Positions 7,514-14,670 of a stretch of DNA of 32,000 nucleotides are shown piece after piece. Origin of the DNA: Geobacter sulfurreducens PCA (GTDB taxonomy: Bacteria; Desulfobacterota; Desulfuromonadia; Geobacterales; Geobacteraceae); assembly GCF_000007985.2 (NCBI RefSeq), contig NC_002939.5:3330001-3362000 (forward strand), given 5' to 3'. The notes below the pieces were generated by a model, which did not search any database, was not told where the DNA came from, and was given only the letters and a program-made list of their open reading frames with translations. Made by a program: the position numbers and the translations under genes. Numbering within the stretch: the stretch's first letter is position 1; each line of letters starts with the position of its first letter.

Positions 7514-9013
7514 ATGACGCGTTTAACAGCCATCCTGCATTCCGAGCGTGAGTTTTTCAGCCGGGTCGCCCGGGCCGCCTTTCTCAACCCCTTCAGCGAA
7601 AGCCGGGATGAGCTTGACCAGTCCCTGGCCGGAAACGATGTCGACCGCAAAGGCGCGCTGGATGCCGCCATAGCCCGCGTGGCGGACCGCTCCGCCGCCC
7701 TGCGGGAAGCCCTGAGCGGCAGTCTGACCCGCGTCCCAGTCTCAGAGAGGGAAACGATACGAACGGTGCTCCTCTTTGATCTGTACCACCGTTTTCTCGA
7801 CGATTTCGACCGGCTGATCCGCGACCAGGCCGCGGCCGGCGACACGCCCTGCCCCGTCCCCTTTGCCGGGAAATTCCAAGCCGCATTCGACGAGGCGGGA
7901 TTCCCGGGTGGTGAAAGTCGCCGCTATCTTGCCCTCTTCTACCAGATTCGCCGGGCCTTTTACTTCATCCGCGAGGGACTTGCCGGCTCCAGCGCTTCCC
8001 TGCGGCGGGTGCGCGAACATCTCTGGCAGACCCTTTTCACCCACAACATCCGTTGGTTCGAGCAGCATCTCTGGGACCGCATGGAGGACTTTTCCGTTCT
8101 GATCCTCGGGGAGACCGGCACCGGCAAGGGCACAGCTGCTGCGGCCATCGGCCGTTCGGGGTTCATCCCCTTTGACCCGGGAAGCGGCCGGTTCAGCGAG
8201 AGTTTCACCCGCAACTTTCTGGCGGTGAACCTGTCCCAGTACCCGGAGGGAATTCTGGAGTCAGAGCTCTTCGGCCACCGGAAGGGAGCCTTTACCGGTG
8301 CCATTGACCACCACGAGGGTGTCTTCAGTCGTTGCACTCCCCACGGCGCCATATTCCTGGACGAGATAGGCGAGGTTTCACTGCCGGTACAGGTAAAACT
8401 TCTACAAGTGGTGCAAGAGCGGATTTTCTCCCCCGTGGGAAGTCACCAGCGGCTCCGCTTCAGCGGACGGCTCATCGCGGCCACCAATCGAGACCTGACC
8501 CGCCTGCGCCAAGAGGGAGCGTTCAGGGATGACTTCTACTACCGTCTTTGTTCGGATGTCATCACCATTCCGCCTTTACGGCAGCGGGTACGGGAGCGCC
8601 CCGAGGAACTGAACGAGCTCATCGCTGGCATCCTCCGCCGACTGGCGGGTGCTGCTCCGGACAAGGAGGTACAAGTGCTGCGTCGGGCCATCGAGCGCGA
8701 TGTGGGGAAAGAGTATCACTGGCCGGGGAATGTGCGGGAACTGGAGCAGGCGGTACGGCGGGTGCTGGTGACGGGACACTACCGGGGTGAGGCGAAACCG
8801 GAACCGGCCGGTGACTTGCCGCGGTATCTCAAAGAGGCGGCAGAGAGGGAGTGTGACGCTCAGGAACTGCTGGCAGGATATTGTCGCCTGCTCTATGAAC
8901 GCCACGGGACTTTCGAGGAGGTGGCGAGGCGGGCCAATCTCGACCGGAGAACCGTGAAAAAGTACCTGCAGCGGGAGCAGTGCGCCCGCGGCGATAATCG
9001 TGGCCGGCCCTAG
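7514..9013 (+). CDS. Sigma54-dependent transcriptional activator (bacterial enhancer-binding protein) with no receiver domain and an uncharacterised helical N-terminal domain
   Basis: AAA+ core: Walker A GETGTGKG, ESELFGHRKGAFTGA (intact GAFTGA), Walker B IFLDEIGE. C-terminal HTH: TFEEVARRANLDRRTVKKYL. The N-terminal ~190 aa has no REC/PAS/GAF motifs that I can see. I preferred the ATG at 7514 to the TTG at 7478, because that TTG is part of the TTGACA box. Confidence 0.85.
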   Translation: MTRLTAILHSEREFFSRVARAAFLNPFSESRDELDQSLAGNDVDRKGALDAAIARVADRSAALREALSGSLTRVPVSERETIRTVLLFDLYHRFLDDFDRLIRDQAAAGDTPCPVPFAGKFQAAFDEAGFPGGESRRYLALFYQIRRAFYFIREGLAGSSASLRRVREHLWQTLFTHNIRWFEQHLWDRMEDFSVLILGETGTGKGTAAAAIGRSGFIPFDPGSGRFSESFTRNFLAVNLSQYPEGILESELFGHRKGAFTGAIDHHEGVFSRCTPHGAIFLDEIGEVSLPVQVKLLQVVQERIFSPVGSHQRLRFSGRLIAATNRDLTRLRQEGAFRDDFYYRLCSDVITIPPLRQRVRERPEELNELIAGILRRLAGAAPDKEVQVLRRAIERDVGKEYHWPGNVRELEQAVRRVLVTGHYRGEAKPEPAGDLPRYLKEAAERECDAQELLAGYCRLLYERHGTFEEVARRANLDRRTVKKYLQREQCARGDNRGRP

Positions 9014-10668
9014 ACCGGGCGCCCGAAAATCTCTGCAATCACCTTCTGCATCCGGTGCCCGTAGGTGTGCTCGCCAAGCACTCTGCACCGGGCACGTTCC
9101 GCGATCTCCCGTCGCAACCCCTTCCGCTCCAGGTAAAACCGGGCCGTTTCAGCCACATCGCTGATCCCGTCGTAAAGCGCCACCTCATTCTCGGCAAAGA
9201 GCTCATCCAGAGCCCCTTGCCGGTCGGTCAGGAGAAAACCGCCGCACAGGGGCACGTCAAAGACCCGCTGGTTGACAGTGTGGGGCATCTGGAGGCTGGT
9301 GGCGTTGACATTCACAGCGCTGGAAGCGTAGACCGCCGGGGTTTCCCTGAAGTAATTCACGTCGGGACGGGCATCTATGGTGCTGCCGAACACCTTTCGC
9401 CAACCGTCCGGATCGCCGAAAAAGGTAAGCCCCAGGGGAAGCAACTGCCCCAGAAGCCTTGTCCGGTAGGCGGAGGTGGCGCTGTGGAGCAGGTAGGCCC
9501 GGAAGAAAAGACGGGCATCATCATCCGGCAGAAAACGGGCACCCTCGGCCACAAGCTGGTCGGCAAGCCGCAGCTGGTCGCCCCGGGCGGCGATGATTCG
9601 CTCAACCGCCTCGCCGGCGAACGCCATGACCTGAGGCGTAACCGGAAACTTGACGGCCAGACGGGCCAGAAAACCGCTCACCAGCGAGTTTCCCACAAAG
9701 GACAATCCTGCGCTGAACCGTTCATCCACGCGGGCTGCCTTGGCCAAACCGACATCGGCTGCCAGCGGCAGGTACGACACCCGGTACCCCTGCGCGGCCA
9801 CTGCAGGCAGGTAGCTCTTTTCCCACAGAAAGACATGGCATCCGTCGGCGGGAGGCAACGCCTCACCGTAGAGGATGAATTCCGGCGAGTCCACGAACCA
9901 GAGGGCGAGCGGGATACCGAGCCGCCGCAACATTTCCGCCGCAACGCCGCGCCGGTCGAGACCGCGCATGTTGACGCTCAGCACCAGGTCTGGCCGTTCG
10001 CCACGGAGCGCCTCACCGAAAAGCGATGCTTCGTCCCCTTCTCGCCCCCGGCAGTCCAGAACAACGACCCGGTGCCCCAGGGATTCGAGCCCGTGGATAC
10101 ACTCTCGCTGGACATAGTAGGCTTCAAAGGGAACAAGGATCGTGAAGGGGCGCCCAGCCGCGTGCGGGCGATCCGTGGCGGAATTCGTCCGTCCCACGGT
10201 GGCAAGCAGGATGCGGTAGTGGTCGTACCAGGCAGGGTGTGCCCGCACGGAGGGAGGATGGGGGACGACATACAGTGCTGCGGCATCAAGCTCCTCAGGG
10301 TCAGGTGGAAACCTGCCGGCTGAGGGAAGCGTAACCACGTCGATCCGTCCGCTCCATCCTTGGGCGAGCCGGGCCGCGGCAAGTTCGGCCAGCTCCGGGT
10401 ACCGCTCCACGAGGATGACGCGGCTGACGTGCGGATTGTTCGCCAGGGACCGGGGCAGGTGGTAGCCGAGGCCGGTACCGAGGAAAACGAGGACCGCAGC
10501 ATCCACTGGCCCCGCAACAAAGGAGTCTGCCTCGTGGATCGGATCGTAGAGGGAGTGAAGACAGGTCTCGGTGCCGTCCTCGCCCATGACCAGGGCCGTA
10601 GGGTGCCCCCTGCGGCCGTGCATGATCCGCACCCCGGAGGACGGAGCCCCCGGCCGGTCTGCGCTCAC
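9010..10668 (-). CDS. CgeB-like glycosyltransferase (DUF3880 plus Glyco_trans_1_2-like C-terminus) with an extra N-terminal domain that may be Maf-N-like
   Basis: The C-terminus (VNATSLQMPHTVNQRVFDVPLCGGFLLTDRQGALDELFAENEVALYDG...ARFYLERKGLRREIAERARCRVLGEHTYGHRM) is typical of CgeB-family GT domains. The central part (ILVPFEAYYVQRE...RPDLVLSVNMRG...LWFVDSPEF) resembles DUF3880. The N-terminal LHSLYDPIHEADSF...VLVFLGTGLGYHL resembles, from memory only, the N-terminal domain of motility-associated-factor (Maf) proteins. The start is uncertain: GTG at 10668 (GTGA overlap with the PilZ stop) or ATG at 10623. Confidence 0.6.
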   Translation of the reverse strand: MSADRPGAPSSGVRIMHGRRGHPTALVMGEDGTETCLHSLYDPIHEADSFVAGPVDAAVLVFLGTGLGYHLPRSLANNPHVSRVILVERYPELAELAAARLAQGWSGRIDVVTLPSAGRFPPDPEELDAAALYVVPHPPSVRAHPAWYDHYRILLATVGRTNSATDRPHAAGRPFTILVPFEAYYVQRECIHGLESLGHRVVVLDCRGREGDEASLFGEALRGERPDLVLSVNMRGLDRRGVAAEMLRRLGIPLALWFVDSPEFILYGEALPPADGCHVFLWEKSYLPAVAAQGYRVSYLPLAADVGLAKAARVDERFSAGLSFVGNSLVSGFLARLAVKFPVTPQVMAFAGEAVERIIAARGDQLRLADQLVAEGARFLPDDDARLFFRAYLLHSATSAYRTRLLGQLLPLGLTFFGDPDGWRKVFGSTIDARPDVNYFRETPAVYASSAVNVNATSLQMPHTVNQRVFDVPLCGGFLLTDRQGALDELFAENEVALYDGISDVAETARFYLERKGLRREIAERARCRVLGEHTYGHRMQKVIAEIFGRPV

Positions 10669-11468
10669 CGTCGTCCCCCGATCTGAAAACGATCGCTTTT
10701 CGACATCAACTCACGACGCTGCTCGGAAAAAAGGTAGGAGATGACCGCTTCGCGGTCCTTGTCGCTGATGGTGATGAACCTCATGGAGAGGGAGTAGTGG
10801 GTTCCCGCCTGGAGCGTAAGAGTGATTTCGGCGCAGCGCAGGGCCTCGGCCAGGACGCAGATCACCCGGGGCTGGGGATGCGGGAGAAAGAGACTGACCA
10901 GCATGAGGGTCCCCGATGCCACATCCTCGGAAACCCTGAACCTCATGCCGCCGCCGCTCAGATTGGCCCGGGCGGATGGGATGTCGCGACCGTTCCAGTC
11001 CACGACCCGCCAGCTTGACCCCTCCTGGACCATTGCCGGAGAGCGCCATGAGTCCATTCTCTCGTGAAGCCAACGCTCCTGGGCTTCTTCGGGCGACACC
11101 CCCGCCAGCAGTTCGTAGCTGAACGGAATCGAGACGTCGAGGCGAAAATATTCGCGCCGCTGCAGCTCACGAACCCTTCCCACGAGACGGATGGCGAACT
11201 GCCGGTCGTCACGCAGCGTCTCAACCCGGCCATCGCACCGGCAGAGGGCCCCTCCGGTCCAGACGGAGACGGAAACCTCGGCACCCTCGCTGAGTGTATT
11301 GGGGGGCGGCTGCTCGGCGCCGAACAACTCGAGCCAGGCAAGGCTTCCCTTCAGCGAGGTAATGGCGGCAGTTCCGTCAAACGAGCCGGTATCGCCCAGC
11401 CGTACCGTGAGATTGACCTTCTGGAGCTGCTCGAAGTACCGTCCGTACTCGGAACCATCAGCGGACAT
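10665..11468 (-). CDS. PilZ-domain c-di-GMP receptor, YcgR-like two-domain architecture (candidate flagellar brake)
   Basis: The RxxxR motif lies in QRREYFRLDV and the (D/N)xSxxG motif in ANLSGGGMRF. An N-terminal beta-rich domain of about 100 aa resembles YcgR-N. The gene sits in a flagellar late operon. Confidence 0.75.
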   Translation of the reverse strand: MSADGSEYGRYFEQLQKVNLTVRLGDTGSFDGTAAITSLKGSLAWLELFGAEQPPPNTLSEGAEVSVSVWTGGALCRCDGRVETLRDDRQFAIRLVGRVRELQRREYFRLDVSIPFSYELLAGVSPEEAQERWLHERMDSWRSPAMVQEGSSWRVVDWNGRDIPSARANLSGGGMRFRVSEDVASGTLMLVSLFLPHPQPRVICVLAEALRCAEITLTLQAGTHYSLSMRFITISDKDREAVISYLFSEQRRELMSKSDRFQIGGRR

Positions 11469-11483
11469 GGCGGTACTCCGGGA

Positions 11484-11939
11484 TCAACGGGCAGCCTTAT
11501 CCCCGAGCGCGGCAAACAGTTCCCGCCACTGCTCCAGGTGAGGTGCGAGCTCGTATTCGAGGAGATCGGCTATCAGGACCCAGTCTTTGCGCTGCTGGGC
11601 GGCCATGGTTTCCTGGAGGAGCGTGTTGAGTTGACTCACGAATCGCTCAAGCGTCACGTTGCCGACAGGGGTGGTGGAGAAATCGACGCCGAGTACGAAG
11701 GCGACATCGGCAAGCGCCCTGATGAGCATATCGAAACCGCCCAGGAGTTCAATATAGTGGTCCAGGGCCGCTCGCTCGTTACCCGCCCGGAACAGGCCGG
11801 CCGTGGTCAGCGTGAACCGCTGCAGTTCGGCAGCGTGCGAGGCCCCGTCATCGAGGACGGCCCGAACGATCAGTGTTCCGTCTTCCGGGGTCTGGCCGGG
11901 CGGCGTCTGCCGCTTGTTGGCTTCAGCATAGGTATTCAT
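11484..11939 (-). CDS. Hypothetical protein, predicted helical, in the fliD operon
   Basis: 151 codons from the ATG at 11939, preceded by AAGGAGG with a 6-nt spacer. No motifs recognised. The C-terminal WVLIADLLEYELAPHLEQWRELF is helix-like. Same strand as fliS and the PilZ gene, and tightly spaced with them. Confidence 0.5.
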   Translation of the reverse strand: MNTYAEANKRQTPPGQTPEDGTLIVRAVLDDGASHAAELQRFTLTTAGLFRAGNERAALDHYIELLGGFDMLIRALADVAFVLGVDFSTTPVGNVTLERFVSQLNTLLQETMAAQQRKDWVLIADLLEYELAPHLEQWRELFAALGDKAAR

Positions 11940-12004
11940 CAAATGCCTCCTTGCATGTGGTGCTGTGCGCCCAGTGACAAGCCGGTCCGCACGGCCGCCC
12001 GGTC

Positions 12005-12427
12005 TCAGGCGGTCCTGCTCATGTTGTGCCTCTCCTCCCGTCCTCCCTCATAACTATGGAGGGCGCTTCTGCCCCGGGCAAGGGCCGACATCTCCTCGCC
12101 GAGGGTAACAAGGCGTTCTCGGGCAAGGGCGATTACGAGGGAGTCAAGCTCGACGATTTTCTTGGTCGACTCCTCCTGGAGACGACGAAATGACGACAGG
12201 AGTTGCTCGGCATCCCCGTGCCCACTGTCCTGGGAGGCCAGAGAGGAAAGGCGGCCGTTAAAATCATCGAGGGACGTCATGATGCGTTCGCGGCACGCCA
12301 CCGCCTGTTCGAAATCCTCGGAGCTGTTGGTGTCGAAGTTGCGCAGCAGCGCCTCCGCCTCGGACAAGAGAAGGTTGTAGAGCTCTTCACCACTGGCCAG
12401 TAATGCCGTCAGGTCCGCGGCTGTCAT
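12005..12427 (-). CDS. FliT-like/FlgN-like export chaperone candidate
   Basis: 140-aa all-helical acidic protein whose ATG overlaps the fliS stop (ATGA), which is the position normally held by fliT. Its tail (RERLVTLGEEMSALARGRSALHSYEG) resembles the FliT C-terminus in pattern only. Confidence 0.45.
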   Translation of the reverse strand: MTAADLTALLASGEELYNLLLSEAEALLRNFDTNSSEDFEQAVACRERIMTSLDDFNGRLSSLASQDSGHGDAEQLLSSFRRLQEESTKKIVELDSLVIALARERLVTLGEEMSALARGRSALHSYEGGREERHNMSRTA

Positions 12428-12858
12428 CGTGCCTGTCCCGCCACGTAACCCGGCTGATGCACGGAAGGGGGTACGGCGTCGCGCTCCCGCTTCCAGATAT
12501 CGATCGCCTCGACCCAGGAATCGCGGAGCACGGTCAGGATCCTGATCGCGTTCTCCAGAGCCCGGGGCGAATTGTTGATGTTGGCGTTGATATACTCATC
12601 AATGACATAGATATAAAGCTGCTCGAGGCGCTGCGCGATGCCGCCGCCCACGTCATGATTGAGGGTATTCATCAATTCGGAAACGATTGCCTGGGCCTTG
12701 CTGATGTACTTTCCCTTACCGGCGAGATCTTTTTTCTCCATTCGCTCGAGGGCGATCTTCGAAAAGTTGATAGCGCCGTCATAGAGCATGATCAGGATCT
12801 TTTCCGGGCTGGCAGTCCCGACCTGGGTGTTCTGATACTGGTTGAAAGGGGTCAGCAT
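12424..12858 (-). CDS. fliS: Flagellin-specific export chaperone FliS
   Basis: QYQNTQVGTASPEKILIMLYDGAINFSKIA...KAQAIVSELMNTLNHDVGGGIAQRLEQLYIYVIDEYINANI is a classic FliS four-helix pattern. AGGAGGAA SD is present. Confidence 0.9.
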   Translation of the reverse strand: MLTPFNQYQNTQVGTASPEKILIMLYDGAINFSKIALERMEKKDLAGKGKYISKAQAIVSELMNTLNHDVGGGIAQRLEQLYIYVIDEYINANINNSPRALENAIRILTVLRDSWVEAIDIWKRERDAVPPSVHQPGYVAGQAR

Positions 12859-12891
12859 TCCTGTTCCTCCTGGTGTTGACTCGTGCGATCG

Positions 12892-14301
12892 CTACGACCC
12901 GTACAGGTAACTTATAAGCGAATTCCCCTGCGTTGTAAGACTGCTGACAAGGGTCTCCATGGCGGTAAACTGCTTCTTCAGGGCCTCTTCCTTGCGCTCC
13001 ATCCTCACTTCCATGGCATCGATCTGATCGTCGATGCTCTTGATGGTGTCGTTGAGCCCCCGCACCCGACTCGAAATGATGCCGTTGGCAGTGGAGGACG
13101 GCCCCTCGTAGGCATGGGTAAAGCGATCGATGACCTTCCTGAATTGCTCGGCAACGCCATATTTTTCCGTGTCCAGGTTGGAGACGCCGCCGTTTTTCGT
13201 AAAGAGCTCCACCACATCGTTGAAATTGCTGCCCAGTGCATCGGCAAGCTTGGTCGCGTCAACGGTGAGCGTGCCGTTGGACCGGTCGGTAGTAATGCCG
13301 ATATCGGCCAGGGTGGAGTATTTGCCGGTTATCCCTGCCACGGGAGTGGTCAGGACGTTCTGGAGCTGCGTCTTCACGCTGCGGAGGGTAGAGTCCCCGG
13401 AGAGGACCCCTCCTTTCTTGGTGGTCGCATTGTATTCGGACTGCTTGTTGATCTGCGACATGGCTGCGTTGTAGGCGCCGACAAAGTCGTTGATCTTCTT
13501 GGTGACGCCGGATGTGTCGTTCCCCACGGTCACCGTAGTGGTTGCCCCCCCCTCCTTGAGCAGGGTGAGAGTCACGCCCGGGATTACGTCGGTGACGATG
13601 TTGGAGGTCTTGGTAATGGCGATGCCGTTTACGGAGAAACTGGCAGCCGCTCCCGCCTGGTAGGTCGGACCCGACTTGGTGATGGTGGGCGTGGTATAGG
13701 CGGAGCCGCTGGCCGGATCGCCGGTGAGCCCCGAGAAGTTCAGGGTGTAATTGTTCGTGTCCTTGCCGGTGATAACAAGCCGGTAGGGATTCGCCGAACC
13801 GTCGTTGATGATCGACGCGGTCACGTTCGCACCGGAAGCATTGATGGCCGAGGCGATCCCCTGAAGGGAATTCTGGCCTTCGGCAATGGTGATGGGAGTG
13901 GCCACGCCGCTGATGGTGAAGGTGCCGGTCTTGAAATTGAGCGCGTCTGCCGAGGCATATCCCTGGTCAACAACCTGCCGCTCGTTCTTTGCCAGGGAGT
14001 TCACCGTCAGGTTAAAGCTGCCCGGCGATGCGATGCTGGACGATGTGGCCGTCGCGACCGTACTGTCCCCCACTGACGTGGTCTTGCCCATGAAACCGGT
14101 GGCGGTATTCATCCCGGCAGCCAGGGTCTTGAACGAATTCAGCAAGTTCGTGACCTGAGTATAGACATCGATCTGACTGCTGATCGTGCTCTTCTTGCTC
14201 TCCAGGATCCGCTCGGGTGCGCGCTCCAGGTACATAAGCTGGGAAATGAGCGTATTTGAGTCCAGTCCCGTTGCCAATCCGCCAAACGATACACTTGCCA
14301 T
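12892..14301 (-). CDS. fliD: Flagellar filament cap protein FliD (HAP2)
   Basis: MASVSFGGLATGLDSNTLISQLMYLERAP is the canonical FliD N-terminus. The C-terminus has the coiled region IDAMEVRMERKEEALKKQFTAMETLVSSL. I moved the start to the ATG at 14301, preceded by GAGGAGGA; the upstream 43 codons of the track ORF are R/P/C-rich and lack an SD. Confidence 0.9.
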   Translation of the reverse strand: MASVSFGGLATGLDSNTLISQLMYLERAPERILESKKSTISSQIDVYTQVTNLLNSFKTLAAGMNTATGFMGKTTSVGDSTVATATSSSIASPGSFNLTVNSLAKNERQVVDQGYASADALNFKTGTFTISGVATPITIAEGQNSLQGIASAINASGANVTASIINDGSANPYRLVITGKDTNNYTLNFSGLTGDPASGSAYTTPTITKSGPTYQAGAAASFSVNGIAITKTSNIVTDVIPGVTLTLLKEGGATTTVTVGNDTSGVTKKINDFVGAYNAAMSQINKQSEYNATTKKGGVLSGDSTLRSVKTQLQNVLTTPVAGITGKYSTLADIGITTDRSNGTLTVDATKLADALGSNFNDVVELFTKNGGVSNLDTEKYGVAEQFRKVIDRFTHAYEGPSSTANGIISSRVRGLNDTIKSIDDQIDAMEVRMERKEEALKKQFTAMETLVSSLTTQGNSLISYLYGS

Positions 14302-14459
14302 GTGCGTTTCCTCCTCGGGAACCGGAGATGCAAAACCGGCTCCACCTTGAACAGTACGGCAAAAAAACGCTTCCGGGGAAGGAGTATGGCGCTTCCAGGC
14401 CACGCAGCTCCCTTGCCGTGGGTGCATCACCCTGCCGGGGTGCTGCCCCTGTTTATATG

Positions 14460-14486
14460 TATCGACCTGACTGGGAAAAACTTTAG
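14460..14486 (-). promoter_or_regulatory. Sigma28-type promoter for the fliD operon
   Basis: The minus strand reads CTAAAGTTTTTcccagtcagGTCGATAc. TAAA, a 15-nt spacer, then GTCGATA (one mismatch to GCCGATA). It gives a leader of about 150 nt. Confidence 0.5.
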
Positions 14487-14611
14487 TGATGAGTGGCGGA
14501 AGGAGTCAAAAATCCGACCGAGTCTGCACTGAAGCAGGACAGTAAAAGTCAGATTTTCGACAAGAAATGCTACGGGAGAAGTAGGTGCGGGACAGCGTAC
14601 GCCTCATGCAC

Positions 14612-14646
14612 AAAAAGAGGGAGGGAGGCAAAGCCTCCCTCCCTCT
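14612..14646 (-). terminator. Rho-independent terminator of fliC
   Basis: Perfect 13-bp GC-rich stem GAGGGAGGGAGGC/GCCTCCCTCCCTC (14617-14629 and 14633-14645) with a 3-nt loop, followed on the minus strand by CTTTTTG. It lies 25 nt after the fliC stop. Confidence 0.8.
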
Positions 14647-14670
14647 GCATGACCTGAGCTGCCAGTCGGA

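Noticed and set aside
7514-9013. The EBP as the flagellar master regulator (FleQ/FlrA/FgrM-like), because it lies within a flagellar locus
   Set aside because: It has no receiver or FleQ-type N-terminal domain that I can recognise. It is divergently paired with a candidate sigma54 promoter for a non-flagellar operon. The assignment cannot be supported from sequence alone, so it is left as a generic EBP.
12883-14076. 397-aa plus-strand ORF antisense to fliD. Similar long antisense ORFs occur at 1259..2197, 9055..10323, 26229..27665, 27715..29184 and 30549..31586.
   Set aside because: All lie opposite genes with strong family signatures. They have low-complexity G/R/V/D-rich translations and no SD or promoter context. 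They fit the usual antisense-frame artefact of GC-rich DNA.
14302-14430. N-terminal extensions of track ORFs: fliD to 14430, flgK to 18953, the GltD-like gene to 31721, the amidohydrolase to 7406, flgI to 21357 and flhA to 29766
   Set aside because: In each case an internal ATG is preceded by a good SD and begins the conserved family N-terminus. The extensions are R/P/G-rich, overlap upstream genes or promoters, and lack an SD.
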